The notes under the pieces were generated by a model, which had not been told where the DNA came from, made no database searches, and saw only the letters and a program-made list of their open reading frames with translations. From positions 384,001 to 448,000 of the forward strand of contig CAWFAK010000009.1 in assembly GCA_963813715.1 (NCBI GenBank): a DNA stretch of 64,000 nucleotides, read 5' to 3'. Below are positions 20,158-29,168 of the stretch, piece by piece; the stretch's first letter is position 1, and each line of letters begins with the position of its first letter. The stretch comes from an uncultured Planctomycetaceae bacterium (GTDB taxonomy: Bacteria > Planctomycetota > Planctomycetia > Planctomycetales > Planctomycetaceae). The position numbers and the translations under genes are program-made.

Positions 20158-21141
20158 TCAGGTCTCGAAGCGATCACCGGACCGAACCGGGTTGCCGGTC
20201 AGGAATTCGGCAACCGTCATGGCCCGTTTTCCCTCCGGCTGCAGGCGGCGAATTTCAACCGCTCCGCCCGATGCCTGGACCACCATCCGCTGCTTGTCCG
20301 CGATCATAATGCTGCCCGGCGCGGCGGCCACGTCCGCGTGATCTTCGGCGGCCGCAACTTCGAGCACGATCAATCGCAGGGAGCGACCCGAACCGGAGCC
20401 AGCCCCGCCCTCCTTATCGCCCCCCATGACGAGGGTCGAGTAGGCCAGCGGCCAGGGCTGCAGGGCTCGCACCTGGCAGTCGATCTGCCGAGTGGAGCGG
20501 TTCCAATCGATCCGGCCGCTTTCCTTTTTGAGCCGGGGGCGCGGCTGGCTTGCGTCCCATCCTGCACGATGGGTTGGGCGGTCCCGTCGGCGAGTTGATC
20601 GACGACCTTCACGGCCAGCTCCGCGCCGAGACTTGCCAACCGCCCCTCCAGCTCGCCCGACGTCTCGCGCGGCCCGATGGGAGTCCGCTCGATTCCCAAG
20701 ATGGGGCCTGCGTCGAGCTTGGGCTCGATTTGGAAAATCGTCACGCCGGTCTCGGTTTCGCCCTGCAGGATGGCCGTCTGAATCGGGGCCGCGCCGCGGT
20801 ACCTGGGCAGGATCGAAGCGTGCACGTTGATCGCCCCCAGCCGCGGCACCGCCAACAGCTCGGCCGACAGGATCTGCCCGTACGCGGCCACGACGCACAA
20901 ATCGGGCACGAGGGCCGCCAAGTCGGCCACGGCTTCGGTTGTATTCGCTTTTTCGGGCTGAAAGACCGGCAGGCCCCGCTCGAGTGCCAGCTCTTTGAGT
21001 GGATTGACGTGTCGATGATGACCGCGACCGGTGCGATCGGGCTGCGTGAACAAGCCGACGACTGTGTGCTTTCCCTCGAGCAGCGCGAAAAGTCGGCAGG
21101 GCGAAGCCGCCGGTTGCCATCATGACTAAGCGAAGAGCCAC
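20158..21141 (-). CDS. fmt: Methionyl-tRNA formyltransferase; two apparent indels (~21080, ~20540)
   Basis: LVMMATGGFALPT / FTQPDR..VVAAYGQIL..NVHASILPRYRGAAPIQ / PRLKKESGRIDW..LQPEGKRAM; downstream of def. Confidence 0.9.
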   Translation of the reverse strand: MALRLVMMATGGFALPTFRAARGKAHSRRLVHAARSHRSRSSSTRQSTQRAGTRAGPAGLSARKSEYNRSRGRLGGPRARFVRRGRVRADPVGRAVGGAAAGGDQRARFDPAQVPRRGPDSDGHPAGRNRDRRDDFPNRAQARRRPHLGNRADSHRAARDVGRAGGAVGKSRRGAGREGRRSTRRRDRPTHRAGWDASQPRPRLKKESGRIDWNRSTRQIDCQVRALQPWPLAYSTLVMGGDKEGGAGSGSGRSLRLIVLEVAAAEDHADVAAAPGSIMIADKQRMVVQASGGAVEIRRLQPEGKRAMTVAEFLTGNPVRSGDRFET

Positions 21142-21228
21142 GGCTTCACTCCGCGCCGAGTGCCGGCGCTCAGCGGGACGCTTTGTCGCCGCAGGATCGG
21201 ACATTGACTGTTCCGACCGCATCCTCAG

Positions 21229-21825
21229 TCAGGACGACGCGGTGGAAACTCCGTCCGGCTCGAAGCCGCGCAACGTCCGCTCCAGGACGTCGTCGGGAGG
21301 AATTGCTCCCGAGGCCTGCTGACGGCGGAATTGGGCCTCGAAGTCCGCCAGGCGGGGCTCGAGCTCGCGCCGCGCCGTTTCGGTCATGCGGTCGATGAAC
21401 AAGACGCCGTCGATGTGGTCATTCTCGTGCTGGACGACCCGGGCCTCCAGGTCTTCGAGGTCCATCTCGAATTCCTGTCCATCGAGATCGAAGGCATTGA
21501 CCACGATCTGCTCAGACCGCCGCACCTGCCCATACAGTCCCGGGATGCTCAAACAGCCTTCTTCGCCCTCGGCGCTTCCTTTGCGGCGCACGATCTCCGG
21601 ATTGATAAAGACGTGCTCCGCAGCCGATTCCGCGGCCGACCCCGTCGCATTCATGATGAACAATCGCAACGGAACGGCGACCTGGTTGGCAGCCAGGCCA
21701 ATTCCGTTGGTGGCGTACATCAACTCGAACATCGTGCGGACCATCTGCTTGAGGTCCGCGTCGATGCGCGTAATCGGCTTGGATTTCCAGCGAAGTGCCG
21801 GGTGGGGATAGCTGACGATCTGCAT
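21229..21825 (-). CDS. def: Peptide deformylase
   Basis: GIGLAANQV, EGCLSIPG, QHENDHIDG; start MQIVSYPHP. Confidence 0.96.
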   Translation of the reverse strand: MQIVSYPHPALRWKSKPITRIDADLKQMVRTMFELMYATNGIGLAANQVAVPLRLFIMNATGSAAESAAEHVFINPEIVRRKGSAEGEEGCLSIPGLYGQVRRSEQIVVNAFDLDGQEFEMDLEDLEARVVQHENDHIDGVLFIDRMTETARRELEPRLADFEAQFRRQQASGAIPPDDVLERTLRGFEPDGVSTASS

Positions 21826-21885
21826 GACCGGATATGGAGTGTGCGCGGGAAACGGATCGGATTTCGGATTGCACGCCCGTGGAGG

Positions 21886-21914
21886 ATTATAGGACTCCTC
21901 CAAGGATGGGTCGA
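21886..21914 (-). promoter_or_regulatory. Putative sigma70 promoter of def-fmt
   Basis: Minus strand TCGACC-N17-TATAAT, about 60 nt upstream of the def ATG. Confidence 0.45.
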
Positions 21915-22079
21915 GCGAAAGCGGCGCGGCCCCAAACGGACAGCGACGACATTCGCCGGATGGCACGGCTCAGGAAGGGAGGATGCGGCCCGACAAGCCT
22001 CCTCCCTGCCTTTCGGCGAGAGCCAATGCCCCTTCCGACCCAGTGGATCCGAATCGCCCCGCGGCGGTCCGACTCCTGG

Positions 22080-22427
22080 TCAGTAGGTGCGCAGGTCGTT
22101 GGCGGCGACGGTCGGCGCGGCCGGCGACGGCGACGTCTGGGAGACCGCCGTGCCGAAGCTACCCTCGTAGAACGCGCCCTGTTGCATCACGGGTCCCTGC
22201 ACGCCACAACCCCCATTGGGGCAAGTCGAGCAAGGAGCGGGAGCAGCATAGCCTGGCTGATAACCGCAACTGCCACAGCTTGAACAAGGCGGCGGCGCGT
22301 AACCGCAGCTGCCGCAGGCGGGCGGATAACCGCAACCACCACCACAGCCATGGAACAGTCCGCAGCAACAACCGCTGGCGGTCATCAAGAGCGTGAGAGC
22401 GACGGCGAGGAGAGAGAGGCGTTTCAT
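22080..22427 (-). CDS. Small Cys/Gly/Pro-rich lipoprotein
   Basis: MKRLSLLAVALTLLMTASGC lipoprotein signal; 13 Cys in 115 aa; GGAGG-free but clean ORF. Confidence 0.75.
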   Translation of the reverse strand: MKRLSLLAVALTLLMTASGCCCGLFHGCGGGCGYPPACGSCGYAPPPCSSCGSCGYQPGYAAPAPCSTCPNGGCGVQGPVMQQGAFYEGSFGTAVSQTSPSPAAPTVAANDLRTY

Positions 22428-22942
22428 CGAAACAATCCTTTTCGGAAGGGGTCGGAAACTCGTGCCGGTGAGAACGGCAGCGATTGCCGGTCTGTTGACA
22501 GCTCGAACGAGGTCGCGAGAACGGCTGCGGGTCGACTTTGAAAAAAATCTGAGATTTCGACGGGATTGACTCAAGAAAGTCGAACGACTTGCCGAAAGGC
22601 GGGCGAACGATAGGAACTTTGTTTGGGAGCGTCAACACGAAATCTCTGAATTTCGGCAGATTTCGCCGCAGCCACGTAGCGCGTTGAGCCATGCGGGTTT
22701 AACGTCGACGCGCGAACGCAGCGTCGCGAAAACTGGACGAAGATTTTCCGACCCACCGCCAGCGTTCGCTCGCATGTTGAATGCGAAGTGACGACAACGC
22801 TGAGGGCGTCCGGTAATTCGGGTGCCACGGCTGAGACGCTGCGTCTCAGCCGTGCTCTTTCCGGTTGCTGCTGACGTCAGCGGAACCGTTGGGCCAGCTG
22901 AAACGTGGCACCCAAGCGCGGCTAAAGGAACCGCACCCGCAA

Positions 22943-23440
22943 TCACTTCGCACGCTCTCTGAGGGCGCGGAGGTGGTCGAGACGCAGGAAGCACTCGGAA
23001 CTGCTGAGGCCACTCAGGTTCAAGAAGCGGCTGCCGTGAGGAACGAGCACTACGTCGGTTTTCCCCCACTCGAAGATGTCCAGCTCTGTCGGAATTCGCT
23101 CGGTCATCCCGATTTCGCTTGTCGGCAAGAGGACGACGGTCCGCGCCGAGACGTGCCACTTGCCGGTCACTTTTCCGTGGCCACCGTTTCCGCAGTGGGC
23201 GTCGTGCCAGAGAGCGACATAAGTTCCGTTGGAATTAAGAGTCAGCCGAGTGCCCAAATAGTCGTAGGTGCCAGGGAATTTGGCCGGTTCGATCCGCGGC
23301 ATCGGTTGGTGGCGAGGCGTACATTGGGTGATGAAGTCTTTTCCCAAGGTCTCCTCAATCGAACACCAGACGAGCATCGAGCCGGCGAAAAGCACACCGC
23401 CAAGCAGGTAGAACCAGGCGTGCGTGGTCATGAAACTCAT
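22943..23440 (-). CDS. Hypothetical exported protein, possible small beta-barrel
   Basis: N-terminal hydrophobic stretch, then GTY..LTLNSNGTY..GKW pattern. Confidence 0.55.
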   Translation of the reverse strand: MSFMTTHAWFYLLGGVLFAGSMLVWCSIEETLGKDFITQCTPRHQPMPRIEPAKFPGTYDYLGTRLTLNSNGTYVALWHDAHCGNGGHGKVTGKWHVSARTVVLLPTSEIGMTERIPTELDIFEWGKTDVVLVPHGSRFLNLSGLSSSECFLRLDHLRALRERAK

Positions 23441-23650
23441 TCTAGACAAACGCCTCCTGCCGATCCGACAAATCGCAGTCCGACCGAGGCAAGGCCATAC
23501 GGAATAATTCGGGACGGGAGCCCCACTCAACTGCCCTTGGCCGGAAAAGTCGGCCGCCGCTATACTTCGCCGCGCTTTCGATTGGGGTTGGAGCGCCGCG
23601 GTGGAACCGCTCGCCTTCCAACACGAACGCCATTAACGCTGCAGGGAGGC

Positions 23651-24592
23651 ATGAACGTGGAACGTCTTTTGGTTGTCGGAATTGACACGGTCGTCGGTGC
23701 GAACCTGGCGACTCATCTGGCTGACAAATTCCACGTCATCGGCTTAAGCAGTAGCGAAGAAATCTCCATCGAAGGCTGCGAGACAGCCATGTTGCCGCTT
23801 GCCGACGCCGCGACGACTCGGCAAGCTGTCGCCGTCCATCGCCCGGACCACATCGTGCTCTGCCAGGCGGCCGGCGATTCGTCGTGGCACAGAGCCGCCG
23901 CATCCGACTTCCGCACCGCGGCCCAAGCAACACTGCATTGGATCGAAGCCGCCCATGCCGCCGGCAAGCGGCTCACCCTCATCTCGTCCGACGCCGTCTT
24001 CACCGGCCCCTGGATGTTCCACACTGAGAGCTGCGACTCGTTCTGCCAGGCCGAGGAAGCCCAAACGCTCCGGGCGCTGGAAGACGCGACACTCAACAAT
24101 TCGGCGAGCGCGCTCGTCGTTCGCACGCATGCGTACGGCTGGAGTCCGCGGCTCGACGGCGGCTGGATCGACGGCCTGTTGGCCGCCCTGGAAGGGGACC
24201 AGGCACCGATTTTCGATTGCGTGGCTTATGCCACCCCGATCCTGGCAACCGACCTGGCCGACGTGCTCGTCGCGGCGTGGAATGCCGGCATGAGCGGCCT
24301 GTACCACGTTGCCGGCGCCGAACGCACCAATCCCCATTGCTTCGCCTGCGCGTTGGCCCGAGTGTTCGACCTCGCGCCGCCGCAAGCCGTTTGTCTCGCG
24401 CCGACCGCCAGCCCACCGGCCGGCTTCGCCCGCGGCGAGGCTTCGCTGCACACGCGTTCGATCCGCAAGGCCCTGGGAATCGGCCTACCGATGGTCGTCG
24501 AGGGACTCGAACGACTCCGTGCGCAGCACGACGAAGGTTTTGATCGCCGCTTCAGCCGCGGCAAAGGCTTCGCCGCAAGCAAGGTCGCGTAG
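23651..24592 (+). CDS. RmlD-like (dTDP-4-dehydrorhamnose reductase-fold) SDR protein, degenerate
   Basis: GGGAGG RBS before ATG 23651; RPDHIVLC, ISSDAVFTG, LVVRT, TPILATDLA, GLYHVAG. Confidence 0.75.
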   Translation: MNVERLLVVGIDTVVGANLATHLADKFHVIGLSSSEEISIEGCETAMLPLADAATTRQAVAVHRPDHIVLCQAAGDSSWHRAAASDFRTAAQATLHWIEAAHAAGKRLTLISSDAVFTGPWMFHTESCDSFCQAEEAQTLRALEDATLNNSASALVVRTHAYGWSPRLDGGWIDGLLAALEGDQAPIFDCVAYATPILATDLADVLVAAWNAGMSGLYHVAGAERTNPHCFACALARVFDLAPPQAVCLAPTASPPAGFARGEASLHTRSIRKALGIGLPMVVEGLERLRAQHDEGFDRRFSRGKGFAASKVA

Positions 24593-25149
24593 CTCGGACG
24601 GAATGAGTCGCCGCAGCGCACGTTGTGTCTGCCACGATGCGGCCACAAATTCGGCAGACACAGTCTGCCCTGCACAGCGTTCAACGCTTGGGACAGGTGG
24701 TCGACGCGCACGGTGTGCCGGCGTCCGCTCGCGGCGGATTTGTCACATCAACGGTACCCCGCCGCTCCCTCCCCACACTCGATGCGCGGGCCCCGAACTT
24801 TCGGCGCGGCACGTTGGGTTTGCATCTTCGGAGCCCTCGGAACAACCGGTAGATTCTCGCAGCGTCTGGAAAGATGGACGGTAAAAACGGATTCGCGGGT
24901 GGTGCGATTTTGCAGCCGTGACGATCCTCATAAACGCCAATTGTCAACAAATTCTGACAGACGATGACGGGCCGCTGCCCCGGTCGCCTCCCCCGCGATC
25001 GCGTCGGCCCGATGCCCTGCTGCGGCTGACCCCACAGCCCGCGGGGCCCAACGGCTTGCGGGCAGCGGCTGAGGCATGTGGCGGAGCTCGGGAGTGACGC
25101 TCCGCAATGGCGCAACAAGTTTGGCCGACCGTGGATAAGGAGTCCTGCG

Positions 25150-25398
25150 ATGCTTGTTTTGTCCCGCCAGCGCGACGAGAGCATCATCATCGGCGACAAT
25201 ATTATCATTACGATCGTCGATATCCGCGGCGATAAAGTCCGGCTGGGCATCGAAGCCCCCACCGAAATTCCGGTGCACCGGCAGGAAGTTTATGAGGCCA
25301 TTCAGCGCGAAAACGCGAAGGCCCAAGAGGACGGCCGCCCCCCCCGGCGCCCCGCTCCCAAAGAGAAAGAAAAGACAAAGGGGACTGCGGGCAACTAG
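25150..25398 (+). CDS. csrA: Carbon storage regulator CsrA
   Basis: [41 protein letters not shown]. Confidence 0.96.
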   Translation: MLVLSRQRDESIIIGDNIIITIVDIRGDKVRLGIEAPTEIPVHRQEVYEAIQRENAKAQEDGRPPRRPAPKEKEKTKGTAGN

Positions 25399-25629
25399 GG
25401 CAGACCTTGCGGCGGCCTGAAACTCGTCGCCGCCGACTCAGCCGTTGCATCGCCCGCCTCTCACGGAATCGAGCTCAATTCCGAAGTTTGCCAAGGCGGA
25501 AAAACAGCGGGTCGAAAAGATTAAAACACGGTCTCCTAAAAAAAACGGCTCAATTCTGCGGTCCCCCTGCCGACGCTCCCCGCTCAATCTCTGCAGCTGA
25601 CCCGAGCCTCGGGAGCACCGTACTTTCCC

Positions 25630-25657
25630 TAAAGCCGTTCCGGCCTTGGGCCGATAG
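25630..25657 (+). promoter_or_regulatory. Putative sigma28 (FliA) promoter of flagellin
   Basis: TAAA-N16-GCCGATAG versus consensus TAAA-N15-GCCGATAA, about 290 nt upstream of flagellin. Confidence 0.6.
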
Positions 25658-25945
25658 AAGCATTCCAGGGGAGACCGCACATCCACGCCGCGCCCAGGAG
25701 CGTGGAGTGCCACGGACCTCGACACGGGCGTAGGTGCCCGATTGCTACGCCCGACCCTGACTGAGGGAACGCCGCCCTCGACTAGCGCAGCAATCGAACG
25801 TACCTCAGCGTCGCAAACGCCCGGAGCGAAAGCGCGGGAACCAAGGGAACGAAAAACCACCAAATCACGCATTCACCATTTCTAACCAGCTCGAGGTCCG
25901 TCGGGGGCGGAAGCGGTTAGCGGGTGTGAAAAAGGGCAATGTTCG

Positions 25946-27769
25946 ATGACAACGATTAATACAAACGTCGCATCATTAATTGCGTTGAACAACTTGAACA
26001 ACAGCAACACTTCGTTGCAGACGTCGCTCACCCGCTTGTCGACCGGTTTGCAAATCAACAGCGGTGCCGACAACCCCGCCGGACTGGTCGCGACCAATAT
26101 CCTTGGCTCGCAGATCGCCTCGATCAATCAGTCGATCACCAACAGCAACCGCGCCAACGACGTGCTTTCCACGGCCGACGCCGGCCTGGGGCAGATCAGC
26201 GGACTGCTCGACCAGATCCGCAGCCTCGTGCAGGCCGGACTGAACAGCGGTGCCTTGTCCACGACGGAACTTGACGCCGACCAGAACCAGATCGACCAGG
26301 CCCTCGACGCGATCAATGAAATCTCGGCCAACACCACGTTCGCCGGCGACCAGCTCATCGACGGCAGCAAGGCCTACACGACGCAGGTGTCCTCCGCCGA
26401 CGCCCCCAAGCTCAACAGCTACCAGATCAACAGCGCCGTCTTTTCCGGCAACTCGACTGTGCCGGTCACCGCGCAGGTCAAGACCGCGGCAACCCAGGGC
26501 CAGCTGTTCTATAACTTCGTCAACGGCGGCCTCGCCAGCAACACGACCATCGAAGTCGCCGGGGCCAACGGGACGAACGTTGTCTTCCTCGGCCAGGGCA
26601 GCAGCCTCTCCGACGTCAAGTCGGCGGTCAACGCAGTGTCGAGTGTCACGGGCGTCGACGCCACCGCGACGGGCGCCGTCTACGGCACGACGACCTTCGG
26701 CACCGCCGGTTCCAACAACGGGCTGCAGTTCACCGATATCCGGACCAAGACGTCGAACCCCGGCGAAGGCGTCAATCCCCAAACGTTGAGCGTTTCGTTC
26801 GCCGCAGCCAGCGACACGCAAACGCTCTCCGTCAGCAGCGCCTCGACCGCCACGACATTGAGCCTGACAGTCACCCTGGGCACCAACGCTACGGGCACGG
26901 TCACCTCGACGGCGAGCGATGTCAAGGCCCTCATCGACAGCAGCGCGAACAGCAGCGGCTTCGTCGCGGTTACCCTCGAAGGTAGCGGCGCCGGACTGGT
27001 CAAGGCCGGGCAAGCTGCTCAGAACGTGACGACCGGTGCTGCAAACGGCTCGCTGACGTTCCAGAGCCAGGACTTCGGATCGTCGCAGTTCGTCGGCATC
27101 AACGTGCTGCAGGGAACCTTGGCCACCACGGCCGGTTCGCTCGGCGGCGCCTCGTCCAGCCGCAGCACGGGTTCGGACATCATCGCCACGATCAACGGCC
27201 AGACAGCGGTCGGCAACGGCCTGACCGCGTCGGTGACCGGAACTGCGCTCGACGCTTCGGTGACCTTCAACCAGGCGGACAACGTCGCTAACACTTCGGC
27301 GACGATCACTGTGACTGGCGGCGGCTCGGTCTTCCAGATCGGGCAGAATGCCAACGTGGCCGGCCAGATCAACATCGGGTTGCCGGCCGTCAACACGGCG
27401 GAACTCGGCGGTAGCGCGGGCAAGCTGTTCCAGCTGGGCTCGGGCGGTGGACTCAGCCTGCTCGACGTCGGCCCGACCGTCCAGGGTTCGCAGCTGGTGT
27501 CGATCGTCGACGACGCGATCAATCAGGTCTCGACGCTCAGCGGCACGATCGGTGCTCTGCAGTCCAACGTCATCGACACCAATATCGCGACGTTGAATAG
27601 TGCTTTGGAGAACGTCTCCCAAGCCAACTCGGACATCGCCGACACGAACTTCGCCCAGGAAACCTCGAACCTGGCGCGGGCCCAAGTCCTCGAGCAATCG
27701 GGTATCTCGGTGCTCTCGATTGCAAACCAGACTCCGCAGAATGTCCTGAAGCTGCTCCAAAATGCCTAA
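25946..27769 (+). CDS. fliC: Flagellin
   Basis: INTNVASL..RLSTGLQINSGADNPAG N-terminus; IADTNFAQETSNLARAQVLEQSG..PQNVLKLL C-terminus. Confidence 0.95.
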   Translation: MTTINTNVASLIALNNLNNSNTSLQTSLTRLSTGLQINSGADNPAGLVATNILGSQIASINQSITNSNRANDVLSTADAGLGQISGLLDQIRSLVQAGLNSGALSTTELDADQNQIDQALDAINEISANTTFAGDQLIDGSKAYTTQVSSADAPKLNSYQINSAVFSGNSTVPVTAQVKTAATQGQLFYNFVNGGLASNTTIEVAGANGTNVVFLGQGSSLSDVKSAVNAVSSVTGVDATATGAVYGTTTFGTAGSNNGLQFTDIRTKTSNPGEGVNPQTLSVSFAAASDTQTLSVSSASTATTLSLTVTLGTNATGTVTSTASDVKALIDSSANSSGFVAVTLEGSGAGLVKAGQAAQNVTTGAANGSLTFQSQDFGSSQFVGINVLQGTLATTAGSLGGASSSRSTGSDIIATINGQTAVGNGLTASVTGTALDASVTFNQADNVANTSATITVTGGGSVFQIGQNANVAGQINIGLPAVNTAELGGSAGKLFQLGSGGGLSLLDVGPTVQGSQLVSIVDDAINQVSTLSGTIGALQSNVIDTNIATLNSALENVSQANSDIADTNFAQETSNLARAQVLEQSGISVLSIANQTPQNVLKLLQNA

Positions 27770-27793
27770 CGCGATCGGTTCCTGAAAGATTCC

Positions 27794-27840
27794 GAATCGG
27801 CGTCGCCGGCCCAATAAGCTGGCGACGCCGATTCTTTTTT
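27794..27840 (+). terminator. Rho-independent terminator after flagellin
   Basis: 14-bp perfect stem GAATCGGCGTCGCC / GGCGACGCCGATTC followed by TTTTTT. Confidence 0.9.
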
Positions 27841-27946
27841 GCGGGTGCCCTCGCCCCGCCGAACTGCGTCATGTCGATGGCAGGGCGATCGGCCTAACTA
27901 ACGGCCACCCAGAGAGTTCTGACGCCTCGGCCTGCACCGGTCCCAA

Positions 27947-27975
27947 TTGACCACCCCGGCGAGTGGGGATATACT
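27947..27975 (+). promoter_or_regulatory. Putative sigma70 promoter of the kdsD operon
   Basis: TTGACC-N17-TATACT, 40 nt before ATG 28016. Confidence 0.6.
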
Positions 27976-28015
27976 CCGCCTCCCTGTCCCAGCACCCCCG
28001 TCAAGGACGACGCGA

Positions 28016-29110
28016 ATGGGTTCTGTCGCTGAGCGTGCCGTCATTCCGTTCGGCGAGTTCGAGCTGCTTCGCGAAGCTCGGGAGATCATTGACGACGAGG
28101 CCCGCGCGCTCCTGCGTGTGTCGGCCGGGCTGGACAAAGAGTTTTGTTGCGCCGTCGATCTGCTCGCTCAGTGTGCCGGCTGCGTCGTCGTCACCGGAAT
28201 GGGCAAAGCCGGGCTGATCGGCCGCAAAATCGCGGCCACGCTCTCGTCGACCGGCACCCGGGCTCACTTTCTACATCCGGCCGAAGCCGTTCACGGCGAC
28301 CTGGGTTGCCTGGCAACAGACGACGTATTGGTCGTGCTTTCCAACAGCGGCGAGACCGACGAAGTCTGTCGCATCTTGCCGAGCGTCACCCGCTTCGGCA
28401 TTCCCATCGTCGCGATCACCGCCAGTCGTGGCAGCACGGTGGGCCGGGCAGCCCGGGCCACGATCGAGCTGGGACGGCTGCGCGAGGCAGGACCGCACTC
28501 ACTGGCTCCCACCACTACGACCACGGCCATGCTCGCCGTCGGCGACGCGCTGGCTCTCGTGATCGGCCGGCGGAAGGGATTCACGCCACAGCAATTCGCC
28601 CTCTATCACAACGGCGGCAGTTTGGGAGCGATGCTGAAGTCGGTGGGAGAAGTCATGCGGACCGGCGGGCAGCTGCGGGTCGCCGCAGAGACCAAGTCGA
28701 TTCGCAACGTCTTCGCCGAATCGTCGCGGCCCGGTCGTCGAACCGGCGCCGTGATCCTGGTCGACGATGAAGGCCGCCTTTCGGGCCTGTTCACCGACAG
28801 CGATCTGGCACGGATGCTCGAACGGCGGCAAGACGGGCTGCTCGACCGGCCGATCGCCGAGTCGATGACCCGCCACCCGCTGACGGTCGGACCCGATGCC
28901 CTGCTTTCCGAAGCCATAGAAATCCTCTCGCACAATCGCATCAGCGAGCTGCCCGTTGTCGACGTCGACGGACGGCCGCTGGGAATTTTGGATGTGACCG
29001 ACGTCGTGGGCACGGGACTGGTCGAGACTCCGACGCTCGGCGACGCGACCCCTTCATCCCTGTCTCCTTCTCGTCCTCGTCCGCTGAGACGCCCTGGCAG
29101 ACGCCTGCCT
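28016..29110 (+). CDS. kdsD: Arabinose-5-phosphate isomerase KpsF/GutQ (SIS + 2 CBS); true stop probably lost to an indel, end approximate
   Basis: TGMGKAGLIGRKIAATLSSTGT, HPAEAVHGDLG, SNSGET, APTTTTTAML, GLFTDSDL. Homology ends near 29020 while the ORF runs on into the next gene. Confidence 0.88.
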
Positions 29111-29168
29111 GAACGCCGCGGCATCCGCGGTTCCCCGCGCGGCGCCGATTTGGCCAACAAGAGATTTC

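Noticed and set aside
22865..23650. N-terminal extension of the RmlD-like ORF (575 aa)
   Set aside because: It overlaps an opposite-strand gene; a clear RBS and ATG exist at 23651.
25810..25850. c-di-GMP-I riboswitch in the flagellin leader
   Set aside because: GCAAAC..GAAA..GGGA resembles P2, but the following GCAAAG/P3 elements are not recognisable; kept only as an unnamed structure.
25976..27814. Long antisense ORFs (also 8973..10853, 43695..45761, 60522..61700)
   Set aside because: These are shadow frames of strongly codon-biased GC-rich genes, with no protein motifs.
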